Part shown: piece by piece, positions 13,416-28,758 of the stretch
How the letters are laid out: each line of letters opens with the position of its first letter
Numbering within the stretch: the first letter of the stretch is position 1
DNA from: Octopus sinensis
Taxonomy: Eukaryota
Assembly: GCF_006345805.1 (NCBI RefSeq)
Contig: NC_043001.1
Span: 94,488,001 to 94,552,000 of the forward strand
Direction: 5' to 3'
Length of the DNA stretch: 64,000 nucleotides
Translations under genes and position numbers: made by a program
The notes under the pieces: generated by a model
What the model saw: the letters and a program-made list of their open reading frames with translations, nothing else
Database searches by the model: none
Told to the model about the DNA's origin: nothing

Positions 13416-14954
13416 ATTTTTAGAATATAATTTTTAACAGTGACGAAAACCACACAGATCCGAGACATTTACAACCTTCTATGTCAATAAATCGGAATTG
13501 TTCCTATAGATTGTTTTTTTTTGCATCTACAGACTGCTAAAAGTCTTCTAACTACCTGCACGTTGATTGTTGATTGTACCGTTACATATTTCTATACATA
13601 TACATACACACAAACACACATACACACGCGCGCACACACACATATACATACATGCATGCACACACACACACACACACACACACACACCACACACACACAC
13701 ACACACACACTTATATATATATATATATAACATAGATATAGATGTTTGTAGATCGTTGCAAATCGTCTGAATCAATGGATGGTCGGAACTTTGCATATTG
13801 ACCTACTTGAAATGTATTATATAATTTGAATCTTATCACAGTTTTCAATCACCTAACCTGTAAAAGTTATTGTAATTATTGTCAAACTATTGTATGTATA
13901 TATATGATGCCTATAGCTATATCTGTATATATGTATATAGATATATATTTAATATATGTATATCAACTACCGCTGTTATATTATTGTATGCGCCTTGTTT
14001 GTGGCTCGTTTAGAAAATTTCTATTGAAGTAGTTCATGAATATTTGCTATTTGTTAACATAATCTTTATGAAAGTAAATTCTGAAGAACCTGGGGAATGA
14101 TCAAACAAAGATTGTATCAAGCTACAATAAATGCAGGAGAAAATATCTGATGCTTGTGAGTTGAGATTTAACTTTCATTGTCAGTTTAAATTGTAAGAGA
14201 ATTGATTTTTAGAAGTAATTTGATAAACTTCAAACTAAATCGATATCTCAAAAAAGTTTGTTGCATTTATTTGTTTGCTTTAAGTTCGAATATTATCCAT
14301 TGACTTCACTGAGCAGACTTGATTCAATTTGAATATGTAACATGTCGATAACTAAATGACATGCATTCACCATTTGATCAGCTTTCATTCGGTTTTACTT
14401 TGTTACTCCCAAAACTGTAGCAAAACGACGACTCTTTAATTAAGCTAGCTCTTCATCCGCAAAGATTATAAGAAAGAACATTGCAGAAATTAATTGGATG
14501 GAAACTCATGTTCTTGGTGTTCGCCATGTTGTAATTAAATTTCACTTGTATTTTACCTTTGTGGTATGTTATGTATTTTTATATTGCTTTAATATATTTG
14601 TCCTGAGCATTTTTTTTTATCTATTTGTGTCACGCAAACTAATTACATGTAGAATGAAATCCTACTAAATACATTTATAAAGGTCGTAAATTATATGTTT
14701 CTTTCATTTTCTGTTTAAAGCTATATATAAATCTGTAAACAAAAGTGGCAAATATTCAAAACCAAAATGAAGACGAAACGAAATCACTTTCTTTCATTCA
14801 GCCCATCTCTCTCACCAGCTCAGACTCTGTGTAGAATATATGTATATGTGTCCGTATCTGAGTATTTTTGTGTGTGCATGTATATGTGTAAATATGCATA
14901 TAATATATGTGCATAAACAAATACACACATGTATACACACACGTATATATATAT

Positions 14955-14992
<38 letters not shown>

Positions 14993-15985
14993 TTGTTTAT
15001 TCATTTATTTATATATTTATTTATACATTTATTTATTTAGGCACTTACATACTTTTACAACATGGGTTTACCCTTTAGATTAATATTGTATACGGAAAAT
15101 CGATGATGTTATATATATTTACTTAGCAAATGCAATACTTACAAACCACTTTATTTTAACCTAATTTTGGTAAACTCTATCTCAGAATTAGTATCGTTGT
15201 TGTGATTATTGCTAATCAGATGAGGTAAAGCGTCTTCTGTTAGAAATTGTACGATGTTTAGCAGTTAATTGTTGAACTGATTCAGTCAGTGACCTCATGA
15301 ACATATCTCTGATCACTTTTTCAGACACTTATTTATGTTTCGTCTAGATCTGTAACAGAGAGAATTTTATTTTTTCATATTTGAACACCGCATCAAATTA
15401 AGTAAAACATGGTAACATCGCATTCATTAGAAAAAATACATTCAATTTTCTGCAAAATCTAATTTCATTTTAACGAATGCTGCTTTTAAATGTTTAAGAA
15501 GATACGATATTATAACGTAAACTCAAATTAATGGTTTCAGTTTTAAGAGATTGAAATCATTAGCGATTCCTAAATGCTATGTATTTTACATGCGTCATCT
15601 ACACTTTTGGCAAACGTACGTAGATCAATGGCTGCAAAATCTGCACACGACATAAACGTTGTCGAATGTCCGCCATTAAATGCATCCTCTTTTGAAGTCA
15701 ATATTGAATGTCTATTCATGAAAATATAATACTAGTCACAAATGACTTAAACCTACTAATTAATCGTCAAGAGAGTCGATAATATCATATTCTTCTACGG
15801 TCCCTTTATGCTTAGTTACAAAATAGTGAATCATAAAAATCTCCAATGTTCTGAATTTAAACCAAGTTTTCAGCAATGGAGGGGACACATGTGCAAACCA
15901 GAGGAAATCTCGCCATCGATATATATATACATATATATCTATATATGTACACACACGCATACACACACACACACGCATATATATA

Positions 15986-16070
<85 letters not shown>

Positions 16071-16698
16071 TGTGTACATCAAAGTATATATGTAAAAACA
16101 CACACACATATATATGTATACATGTTTATGCATTTATAAGGATGTGTGTATATATGTATGTATGTAGGCATGTATTTTGTGTGTATGTGTGTGTATACAC
16201 TTAGTCGTAAGAACACAATAGTATAAGTGTCATCCCATTTTGATTATCATCACACACTTGGTTTACATAAAGTGGTTAGTTTACTTATATACGGAGCAGT
16301 GTTGCCAGATATTGTATACAAAACATACATATTGGAAATTAACATAAACGCCAATATCGATATATATTGGCGCTTATATCGAGATATGTCGTTCATCATT
16401 GCAATTAATTTTGGAACTACGCATTGAACATTCCAAGTGCGATTGGAGTTTTAAATGCAATGAATCATTAGTGTAATATTTTCGTGCATTCTGTTACATG
16501 TAATTCTTCCACCAAAAACATGTAATTTGAAATGAAAGTATGGGCTTGTAAGTGTGTTTAAGTAAAAAGAATTATAGAAATATATGGGAAATGGTTATCA
16601 TAATGTTATAAAAGGCCTGGAAATTTTGAATGGACGTCAATTCTTTGAGAAACTTGTAGAAAAATGTATAACTGCTGTAAAAATACTAATTGATGCAG

Positions 16699-16788
16699 GG
16701 TTGCATATAAGCACTACGAATATTGTACTACATGGTACATTGCAGTATTGGAACGAGCATGACAATGGCTGCATTTTAAAGCGAAAGG
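16699..16788 (+). CDS. Candidate 90-nt internal exon (GLHISTTNIVLHGTLQYWNEHDNGCILKRK)
   Basis: CTAAT...GCAG acceptor (weak pyrimidine tract); AGG|GTAAGT donor; frame-preserving length. Confidence 0.2.
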
Positions 16789-16875
16789 GTAAGTGATAAA
16801 TTCGGTTGTTATGTTTTCACTTCTGAAACGTAATATTAATCATAAACACTGTTGCATGACTCAATGATATGAAGT

Positions 16876-16907
<32 letters not shown>

Positions 16908-17082
16908 TATTTATATATGAACAGCGGGCTTCTTTCCGTTTCCGTCTACCAAATCCACTCACAATAGTAGAAGACACTTGCTCAAGGTGCCACGCAGGGG
17001 GACTGAACCCGGAACCATGTGATTCGTAAGCGAGCTACTTACCACACACACTCACACACATACACATATATATATATATATA

Positions 17083-17240
17083 GGAAAAAAGCAACAAGAA
17101 TGGATAAAAATCTCGGTACGATCGTTTCGTACGAGGACATCTTTAATAAGCTACAAAAAATGCAGTGAATACAGATGGCTCGTACTCGTCAGCCGAAAAA
17201 ATATCAGAGAATTCCCAAACATCAAAAGGGGTAGATACAA
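17083..17240 (-). mobile_element. Solo Penelope-type pLTR fragment in (TA)n
   Basis: Aligns by eye to 55764-55925 (shared AAGCAACAAGAATGGATA and GTACGATCGTTTC); flanked by (TA)n. Confidence 0.8.
17112..17197 (-). ncRNA. Type I hammerhead ribozyme
   Basis: Minus strand: TTCGG-CTGACGA-GTACGAG...CTCGTAC-GAAAC-GATC-GTA-CCGAG. Confidence 0.88.
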
Positions 17241-17241
17241 A

Positions 17242-17330
<89 letters not shown>

Positions 17331-18038
17331 GTATGTGTGTGTATGTGTGTGTGAGCGTGTGTGTATGTATGTTTGAATATTAATAAGAGGGCGAAAACAA
17401 GAAACGCAATGAAATGCAAACTTAAAAGAGAAGTGATGAATACAAGAATGAAAAGAAATGTCAGGAAGAAACAAAAGATAACGAAGCGAAAAAGAAACAA
17501 ATAAAGAAAAAGGATAAATAAAACGTGACAAAGGAGAACAGAAGTATAAGGAAATAAGAACAAGACCATAATGAAAGATGATTACAGACTAGGCTTACTC
17601 GGTCTACACAGAGCTACACTTATGGAAATGGAAATGTTAAGTGTAAACGGAAGTGAAGACAAGGAAATACAAAAGGCTTATTATCTGAAAAAGTTGCTGC
17701 TTTTTAATGCTATATTCTTCGGTTATTATGAAGTGTAAATTAAAGTTAAGGAAAGGTGAAGAAGAATATCTCAAGAGAGACGAATACAAACATGTGTAAG
17801 CTTGAGTCACGGTGTAATTAAAATAGGTATATAAGAACTAAACACCTGATTGAAATCACTCCTTATACTTATATTCCCGGTGGAGGTCGATTATCAGCTG
17901 CTGTCCAACCACATTAACGTGCTCAATCTCATTTTGACACAGTGGGGATCTGAGGGTTTTTTCTTGAAAGCTAACCTGTAATGATATCACTCCTACATAT
18001 AAGCATTATATATATATCTCTGTATATATACATATAGA

Positions 18039-18125
<87 letters not shown>

Positions 18126-19737
18126 AACATAGATAGATAGATATACACATATCTGTTTACAGGTATGCATCTATGTATATGTATCTGCATGTACATATAA
18201 GAACTTCAATGTTTCGGTTTGTAGCTCACATCAAGGTACATTCAAATGATTAACCTATGACAGGACAAAATATTTGGGATCCGTAGATCAAGGCCTATTT
18301 ATTTTGAGAGACGAAGAACATGCTCTGCTTTGAAGTCATATGTTTATAGACAACCTTTGAAAGGGTTCCTTACTTCCAAGTATAAAGAATGGAGCAAAAA
18401 GCCCTAAAATCCTTCGTCTATGAATCGGATCTCACAGCAACGCTTCAAAATAATGTAACTGGAAGGAAAATTTAAATCGGTACATGTGGAGGCAATTTTA
18501 AAAGAAGATATTCAAACCACCTGTCTTCTTTCAGGTATATCAACAAAAGTAAAGCTACAAATCTATTATTGTCGCTAGCCATCTATACAGTTTCGTGACC
18601 AACTGCACAGTGCAAACGATCGAGACGAGAATCGTGGAGATATCCATGCTATGCAACAACTAATGCGTAGTTGAAAGATCCTACATTCATTGTAGATCCA
18701 GTAATTCATCCACACCAACGTGGCAAATTTCTTTTCGCGAAATGCAGAACATAACTCTCTCTCTCTCATAACGTGCAGATCTGTCGCAGAATTTGAATAC
18801 GTCTTCAAATTCCGCCGAGGTCGACTTTGCGTTTCATCATTTCGCGGCCGATAAATTAAGCACCAGTCGCGTACTGGAGTAGATCTTATCAACTGGCTTT
18901 CTCCCACAAAATTTCGGGTATTGTGTCAAGAGTAGAAAAGCATTTGAATACATCTCCGTTGGATTATTCTAAACAGCTGGTTTAATTCTGACATACTCTC
19001 AAAAACGCGGTAACTAAATATTTCAGTTATTTCCTTTTCCCTTTCTATTTATTTACACTTTCTCTTGTTATTCTACTTTTCTCTTCTTATTCCTGTATTT
19101 CTCGCTGTTTCTCATCTATCAACGTCCTGATTTTCAAATTATATAAACCACGTACTTAGTGCACTAAGATTGCTAAAGAGACAACATGTACATTATAAAA
19201 TCTGCTTAACCATGCCTCTAATGGCACAAAACAATTGGTACGTCTTATTTTAATACGTCTAATATTAAATGATATATATGCGCATCTGTATGCTTTAATG
19301 TGCACCTTAGTATATGTATGTATGTACGTATGTATGTATGTATGTATGTATGTATGTATGTATGTGTGTATGCATGATTGTATGTATGTATGTATGTATG
19401 TGTGTATGCATGATTGTATGTATGTATATATCGAAACGTAGAGTAGATGAAACCATAGCGACTGAAGAAGGGGTTTTTCTTTGTGTTAATTGTCCTGTAC
19501 TCTATTTTTTGTTGTTTAAAAAATTGTCCAGTTCCTTGGGTTTGTGTCTATGTTTTCATTTCTCATTGTGTTCGACGTCTTTTTGGTGTCCTGTACTCAT
19601 ATGTGCGTGTATATGTACATGTAGAGGTAGGTACGTACATATATGTTTATATATATGCATATGTTTTATTTATTAATATATATATATATGCGTGTGTGTG
19701 TATGTATTAATGAATATATATATTCATACATACATAG

Positions 19738-19789
<52 letters not shown>

Positions 19790-19889
19790 GATGCCTTGAT
19801 GCCATAATATCTAACACACTCACCGGTTCAAGTTCCATTCATCTATTATTTATAATTTTTCTTTACAAAATTTTCGTTACTTTTGTATA

Positions 19890-19961
<72 letters not shown>

Positions 19962-20765
19962 ATACATGCGTATATTGTGCTTTATATAAAGTATACGTGT
20001 TTCAGAGAACTCCCGTTATTATCGAAAGCAGTCCAAACTATAATGCAGCGCAACACTGCTGACGCAATTCCTCAGCAGTTTTTGTAAATTAAAAAAAACA
20101 ATTCAAACGCATTTCTTGCCCATTTTTGTTAACGTGAAGTCGACGGAAATGCTGCTGAAAAATCTATACACATACGCTTGCGGACGATTAATATCTGCTT
20201 AAAGTGTTGAAACAGAGACAGAAGTTTGACTTCGCTATCACGTTAAGCATCCGCTACAAGTGCCAAATGAACGCCTTTCGACTAGCGTATCTTAGCGCAG
20301 GTGCCTCATGTAAGAGAATTAGGATTTGACATTTAGCATTCAATAATTGTTCTAAAGAATACTACGCTTCCCCTTCGAAAAGGATTGCTTAAGTGATTTT
20401 CTATTCTTTCACAAGCATAGACAGCCCTCAAACACGTGTACAATGGCAAGCAACTCCCCACCCATTAAGGAGTTTTACCGGAGAGAATGTATGGCGTGTA
20501 TTTATGCACATCGGGAATTTTGCGAGATATAATGCTATACCTTTATCGGGATTTCCTTAGCATAATATCGAATAATCACACCATTATTATCAAACATTTT
20601 CTTTACTAATGTGATAGCAAGTGTGGCTGTGTAGTAAAAATTTGCTTTCCAAACACATGGTTCCTGGATCAGTCCCACTGTGGAATATTTATGTATGTAT
20701 GTATGTATGTATGTATGTATGTATGTATGTATGTATGTATGTATCTATCTATCTTTCTTTCTTTC

Positions 20766-20832
<67 letters not shown>

Positions 20833-21050
20833 GATGTAAAACTGTAGAAGCACGTCTACTCGTATCTGGGTCTCTGTGTCTTTATATATGTGGGTATGAA
20901 AGAATGTATGAATTCCTGTGAGTTTAAATTGTGTATGGCTGAATAAGGAGCCTTGATATCCTTCCTAATTCCACCGTTAACTTAACACTGTGTCACAAAT
21001 TCTTAGACTTTCAATTCATGGAAACGCTATTCTTTTGTAATAAGTAGATC

Positions 21051-21428
21051 GTGGGTGCGCAATGGCCCAGTGGTTAGGGCAGCGGGTTCGCAGTCGTGGA
21101 ATCGTGGTTTCGATTCCTAGAGCGGGCCTTGTGAGTTTTTATCGAGCTATAATACCTAAATCTCCACGAGGCTCCTGCAGGGTTGGGATGAACGAACCCT
21201 GTTGTACTCTTTCACCACAACTTTCTCTCACTCTTCCTTTTTCTGTTGTACCTGTGTTTCGAAGGGCCAGCCTTGTCACACACTGTGTCACGCTGAATAT
21301 CCCCGAGAACTACGTTAATGGTAAACGTGCCTGTGGAGTGCTCAGCCAATTACACGTTAATTTCACTAGCAGGCTGTTCCGGTGATCGGATCAAATGGAA
21401 CCATCATCGTCATAATCGATGGAATGTC
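21051..21428 (+). mobile_element. tRNA-derived SINE (family D)
   Basis: TGGCCCAGTGGTTAGG...GGTTTCGATTCC head; body shared with the other copies. Confidence 0.8.
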
Positions 21429-22376
21429 ACTTAGTAAGTAGATGGTGCTTCTTGGGGAAACTACACGGCCAGAGGGAGGAGACCATGTCCTGGACCGAAG
21501 ATCTGGATTGGCCTCCCCAGGGTGTTCAGGGTGTTGGAACAGTGTAGGTTCGCCTTCTGGGACCCCAGCCTGGAGCTGGAGCCATTGCCTACGGGAGGCA
21601 TACATCTTGATTATGGAGGAAGGATAAAGAGGCTTTAGCGCCCAAATGTTTGCTGTATGTTATTATTTGTAAGAAGCTCAGCGCTTCAATATGTAATGGA
21701 CTATTATGTCCAGTAATTGTTAGAACTGAGATAAGAGGTTTAATACCTCGTTTTATTTTTTGAAGAACAATGATTTAGAGAAGCAGAAGATTGGCGGTCA
21801 TCTTTTGTTCCTCTTATTAATATCATACTTTCGTTTATCATTTCATATCATTAATGTATTGTCCCTCTCACTGCTACATCTATGAATAACTGTAGATGGT
21901 GTTTAATTTGTTTACTGTTGTACATGCAATTTTTTTTCATGCTGCGTTTTCTTGGAATTTCTGAGGAAGTGAGACGTCTCTATCACGTAGCTGCACTAAC
22001 CGGTATAACTAATATTATCATTCGGTTTATCAATATACGTATTCATTACAGAAGATATATTCCATAGGTTACGTTTTCTGTGTTAATTCTCTGTGAATGG
22101 TCATTTGGACTATGCAGACCGGCTCATCAGGAAACATAATTATTGTTGGCAAACTCCATCGATTAAGAGATTGGTGTGTGGGCGACGGGCACTTAGTACT
22201 TTGATAATTGTACTTTCCGGCACACCATTCAATACTTACATACACACACACTCATATATATACATAGCTATATTTATATATATGCGTGTATATGTGTGCA
22301 TGCGTGTGTGTGCCTGTCTGTGTATATTTATATATATATGCATATACTTACATATATATTGACACATAAAGAAACG

Positions 22377-22407
<31 letters not shown>

Positions 22408-24670
22408 TTATGTATATATATACGCATACTGATACACGTATAACGTTACAAAATAATACAGTATCAAACATTTTAGAAAAGTTATTAGAAATTGATTTTA
22501 TTTTTACTATGTTTACTATAAATATTTGGAAAGCTTTTGAAAACATATTTTTGTGTAAATAGCTGTTACTAAGTTTTATATAGCAGCAAATTAGTAAGGA
22601 AAATGGCATCACTTTGATGTTTTTGCGTGATATTTAATTTATATATAAAATTAAGTTACATTTGAAATATTGTCCAATATTCTGTGTGTATTCCACGTAA
22701 TATTGATTATAAAATATGATGGTTGCAAATGAAACGTTTCTTCTTGTTAAATTTTTCGATAAAATATTTATTTATATTCCTTTATATGAATATTGAATTC
22801 TTTCTCTCTGTACATTCGTGTAAATCTGTATTCCAGTTAATCGCAGAACTCTGTGGCTTTCAGCGCTTAACTGGCATAATAACAATTTATGGGTAAAACA
22901 ATAATGCACAATCGAAATATCTGCTGTTTCTACAGATTTAGCTTGGAAAACTCGATTTCTTCCAGATATTATAAATTTTCCTCTGCTTCGGAAGTATGGT
23001 TAGAACAATGTTTCCTGGGGGAAAAAATCATGTATATGATTATATTTATAACAGCAAACTGTTTGAAAAATATTTCAATAGCTAACATAACATAATTGGA
23101 TCTCAGCTGTAATATTTATAACCTAAGATGCTCATAAACAACACTCAATCAGAATTAAAAATTAAAGAATCAGTGGCATTTTGACTACTCAGTACATTTC
23201 TTCACAGAATCAATCTTGAACAACAGCCGAATTTGATCGACCAGTTCCACAAAATTTGTAATTAGACATCTAGGATTTATACCAGACAAGCACAGAAAAT
23301 TAGGTTAAATACACTACTTGGTTAATAATCAATTTCAAGCTAAGATTATGATATCTCTTTTAAGAAACACTGCTGCGATTTTGCTATATACAGATCTTCA
23401 ACATCTCCCGAATTTGTTATAAGTAACATAAAAGTCGTGTTGACAACATTTGGGAGTTATTTGGGGTTATAAATAATTTTTGTATATTTTTATAAGATCA
23501 ATGCACTGACTTTATCACGGACATTCTTGACACTGCGTATCCGGAAAATTAGTCCATTGAAAGGGAAACGTTTGACAAGGCAGTCAGTTGCCCGCTGACA
23601 CTCGTTGACGCTGCAGCGAAGAGGCCAGTGAATAGAAGAAAGAAGAAGAAAGAAGACGTACCCAACACCAGAGCGCAAGACACCTCCGAAAGGGGGCCCC
23701 GCTACGTGAAAACGGTAGAGGAGTAGGGGCCGAAACCGGACATGGTTCCTCCTGATGATGTCTTGAGTTAACTGGATCCTATAAAGGAGCTGTTGTGGTA
23801 GCAGACCACGAAACACAGTTGAAATTCTTCTAAATGTTCATATTAATTTTCATGCATAATGTATTTTATTCACCGATTAAAAATAACGCTGAAGTGGGTG
23901 CGTCCTGCAGTCTTTAGCAATTCAGCATGTAGCTGTTAATTCTTGTACAATATAATGTATAAGTTATTTTATTTAAATTGCCAATTTTTAACCGGAATAT
24001 GTTAAAACAAAAGGGAATAACCAACATCAACACCGTCAAGAATTTGTGTGATACCTCCAGAAGTATGGTATATATTTGTATAATAAGAGATTATGCTATA
24101 AAGACGCTAATTGTAAATATATTGAGGGTGCACATGGTGTGATTTCTAGAGGATAGCATGAAAGAATGATAATGCAGTAATTTTTGACGTTGTGATTTGT
24201 TGTCGTATAGTGAAGATTCTAGAACCCCGTGCTAATGGAACAGATTAAGTAATTCTATACGGAATTTGAACTTGACAATCAACGAGATTATAGAGAAATG
24301 TAGCATCGAAAGCTTAACATATTTTGATGGATTCTTCATAGGTTCAGTCAGTTGCAGAGAAAACTGTGTTCAAAGGAATCGTTGGGAAAAAATTTCCTGC
24401 TAGGGAGGTGCATAGAGGATAAAAATACAATCTATACATACTAAGACGGGGCTCCATATATATTTACAAATCACAGCATGTAATTTTAAAAGCAGCTAAC
24501 CTTTTTAACCAGGTATCTAGGGTTCAATTATAGAGTGTTAACTCTTAAATACTTTTAAGAAAAATTCATTCTTATTAATTTCGAGCTAGAAAGGCGCTTC
24601 ACTCATAAATCGATGTCCTCTGATAATGAGATATATCATCAACAAAAAACTCAAGCAAATTCACACACAC

Positions 24671-24702
<32 letters not shown>

Positions 24703-24722
24703 ATATATAATATATATGTTAT

Positions 24723-24797
<75 letters not shown>

Positions 24798-25914
24798 TAT
24801 ATGCACCTTCAAGCATATTATGAAATTTTTACTTTCTTACGATATTCAACTCATGGGAGGTTTCCTTATAAACATTTTGGAGAAAAAATTGCAGAGTTAA
24901 AGAAACCAATATACAATATTACATCACAGATTTATAATCTATAATCAAAAATGCATTTAGTCTTTGAACATAGAAGCAACATTGATTCTTCCTCTATCAC
25001 TGTATTTAACGAACATGAGTTTAATGATAGAGGAGAAGATACCCAATATAGCACTGGTTTGAATTCCCTCAAAAATCAATACACAACACCAATAATCTAA
25101 TAAGCTCTGAGTTAAATATCGCTAGTATAGATTTCCTCAGGGATTTGCAGTATGGATGAGAGAATTCAATATTATGCTTAAAATATAAACCATATGATTT
25201 ATGTTGCATACTCCATTAATAAAACATCGCTTGGAACCATATTGAAAGAAGCAGTTAAATTTTATTACAGATCACATTGGTTAATAAAAACTAACAAGTA
25301 CAGAAAATCTTATAGCGCATATGTGTGTGTTTCATTTCATATATGTTCGAGTATATGTGTGTTGTTGTGTGTGCATATAGGTATGAAATTGTATGTTATT
25401 TCAAATTGAAATGATGCAATTTTAGTCGAAAGAAATATATGAGGCTCTGTCTACATATATTTGATATTATAAATATTTGTGTTTTACTTAACGCATTTTT
25501 TTACTCCTGCATACTTTTGAAAATCCTAAATTGGAATTGTGTGCGTGTATAAAGGAAATTAAAAATGAATAAATCAAAAACTAAATAATTATTATTTACA
25601 AGAAAAAAAAAATTACGAGAACCAGTTACTTTAAGTTTATTTACAGGAAAAATCAGGTAAGCCGACAAGATAAAGATAAAAATTGCATTTTAAACTTAAA
25701 TATTTGAATATAAAACAAGGTAACTGGTGATCCATAGCAATATTGATATGCCCAAATGTGCGATTTCCAAATATAGTAATTTCTATTAAACTCTGTATTT
25801 ATAAATAGCATTATAAATCTGAATTTTATTTTGGAGGCATAAAAGAGTTTGAAAATACAGAAGTAATATTTACGTTAGTTAACACATACAAATTTCAATA
25901 CATGAGCAACTGCC

Positions 25915-25940
25915 ATACATGTATACATACGTATATGCGT

Positions 25941-26021
<81 letters not shown>

Positions 26022-26127
26022 ATATATGTATATATATGTATATATATATATATATATATTATATATATGTATGTATGTATATATATATGTATATGTATGG
26101 ATATGTATATATATGTACGTATATATA

Positions 26128-26206
<79 letters not shown>

Positions 26207-26220
26207 AAGTGTTGTGTGTG
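25915..26220. repeat. (TA)n/(TG)n compound microsatellite (one of many; also 6945-7021, 15920-16200, 24670-24800, 26700-27020, 43509-43740, 51050-51500)
   Basis: Direct inspection. Confidence 0.95.
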
Positions 26221-26953
26221 TGTTGACTCCATAAAATATATATAAAATATTCAGATATGTTAATAAATTTCAGTGTTTCTCCTGCCGCAATAACTTTTAT
26301 GAATGTGATTTCATATTTGGATTAATTGCACTTTATATATTTTCTATGCAAATTAATTTTTAATTTTCTTATTGATATCGTCACTCTCAATAAACGTATA
26401 CGTACACACAATGTGTGACACATATAGTTCGTATACATAAAATACAGAAAACATACAAGTACCATATACGTATACATGTTTCTAAACACACACTTACACA
26501 CATAAATATGCGCATGCGTGTTTATCCTTGAAGATATGTATATGGACGTATGCATATTAACACACATGCGTATAATTGTTTCTGTATATGAATACACACA
26601 CGCACACATATATGTATGTATGTGTATACGTACACACACACACACACATATATATATAGTTGTATATTTATTTTTATTCACAAGTATAAACAAAAACACA
26701 TAGATATATATATTTTATATATACATACATATATACACTCACATATATACATACATGCATACATACATACATAAATACATATACATATATATATATATAT
26801 ATACAGATATATATATATATGTACATGTATATGTACATATATGAATACGTATATATATATATGCATGTATATACATACATATACATATACACATGCATAT
26901 ATATGTATGTATATATATATATATACACACACATATATACACATGCACATACG

Positions 26954-26991
<38 letters not shown>

Positions 26992-27289
26992 ATGCACACA
27001 CAAACAGACACACACATATATATAGTAAATGTTTTGTATCTTTATTGGAAGTGATATTCGTTCACGTGTTTTCAGAATTTTTTTTCCAAATTCTTATTGT
27101 TTCATAATAGTATTTAATGCTTTAGATTGAATAAATTCCCTGACGTTCAATAAATTTGAATATTTATGTTTACTCAGGTCGCTTCTCATTTAAATATGTC
27201 AATATTTAAACTGATATATGTTTTCTGTACCTTGCCGTTTATACATTTGCAATATTTTTCTTTCATTAAACATTGTCGAAGTCATTTGT

Positions 27290-27995
27290 GAATTCGCAGC
27301 ATTATCATCATCGTCGCATTTAGAATTATCATCATCATCATCATCATCGTCTGCATCAACATCGTTGTCGTCGTCATCAACCACATCATCATCATCATCA
27401 TCAGGTGCAATGAGTAGATTTTTCATAAAAGAGAATTTTTTATTATCATGAAGTAACCTAAGACATCATCATTATTGAGTTTTATTGCTGCAATCTCCAA
27501 CCTCTTACTTCTTCTTTTTCTTCTTCTCCTTCTTCTTCTTCTTCTTCAACTCCTTCTTCTTCTTCTCCTCCTCCTCCTCCTCCTCCTTCTTCTCTTCTTC
27601 TTCTTCTCTTCTTCTTCTCTCCTCCTCCTCCTCCTCCTCCTCCTCCTTCTTCTTCTTTTTCTTCTTCTCCTTCTTCTTCTTCAACTCCTTCTTCTCCTCT
27701 TCTTCTTCTTCAACTCCTTCTTCTTCTTCTCCTCCTCCTCTTCTTCTTCTTCTTCTTCTACTTCTTCTTCTCCTCCTCCTCCTCTTCTTCTTCTTCTTCT
27801 TCTTCTTCATCGTCGTCGTCAGTACCCTTCTCCTTCTGCTACATTTCCCTTTCTACTTCTGCTTTTTCTTGACGTTAGCAGCATCATCATCATTGTCATC
27901 CTCATCACAAACGACTACGACAACGACGACGACGACGACGACCACCACCACCACTATTATCTTCCTCCTCATCATCAACATCGTCATCATTATTG
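27290..27995. repeat. Compound trinucleotide microsatellite (CAT/CTT/CCT/GAC)n
   Basis: Direct inspection. Confidence 0.95.
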
Positions 27996-28189
27996 CTGAG
28001 TGTACACCAGGCACGTGTATGGCAACTATATGTCCGCAACATGATGGCCTTTCCCATATAAAGATAAACAGCGCATGAGATCGCAAGTATAGTATCAGAA
28101 GTTTCATCAGGTCCAGTAGCCCACCCCGCTCCAAAAAAACCCTGAAGCTTATGTCGAACACCTGCCGTCTCGTGTGGGACATATCCAGC

Positions 28190-28710
28190 TATCAGCTTAA
28201 TCTTTTGTGAAAATTGCCCAGTCGCTCTCTCTTGGCTGGGAGGGGAGGCAATTTTTATTTTCAAACGGCGATAGTGAAAGAGGTAGTATGGTGGACTCAT
28301 TTGAAAGGGCTAAAGACAGAGACTTTCCTCTTTGGCCAAGACCCCATCTTTTACAAGTTTCTCTTGAAAAGGAAGTGGCGAGGGAAGTGTTGCCTTGTAG
28401 TTTGTTGAAAAGTGGATGAATTCTGGAAGAATGGTCACAGTGAAAGAACCAATTATAAGCGTGCACCTCTAAAAAAAGAAGGGCTCTTGTCCTATTGTTC
28501 AGGCACCCATGGCTTTTGTGGGTTTTTCCACGAGGACCCTCACGTGCCTCCTCTATTGGGAGTTTTAATTTGTTTAATTTTTATTCTTATTATATTGTGT
28601 ACACACGGTAAAACCCATTGTAGCGTCCTGTTTTTGTATTTAATTTTGTTGTCTGTCTCTTAATGTTATTTTATGTGAGGTCTTGTGGCCAATAAAGCAA
28701 TGAATTATTA
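28190..28710 (+). mobile_element. L1/Tx1-like LINE 3' end
   Basis: VKEVVWWTHLKGLKTETFLFGQ..LKRK-like ORF2 C-terminus; ends AATAAA plus (TTA)n. Confidence 0.55.
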
Positions 28711-28726
28711 TTACTATTACTATTAC

Positions 28727-28758
<32 letters not shown>

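Noticed and set aside
21051-21130. tRNA gene
   Set aside because: The A/B boxes belong to a SINE head fused to a repeated body; the same holds for the other SINE copies.
22070-22130. Minus-strand CTGATGA...GAAAAC GTA as a hammerhead
   Set aside because: No stem I or II complementarity at the core.
23752-23825. CTGATGA...GAAAC..GTT as a hammerhead
   Set aside because: Stem II does not close at the core and stem I is at most 2 bp.
25875-27107. Many long ORFs rich in YI/CV/HT
   Set aside because: Translations of (TA)n/(TG)n microsatellites; the same applies to similar ORFs across the window.
27475-28078. 174-197 aa poly-L/S/F ORFs
   Set aside because: Trinucleotide microsatellite artefacts.
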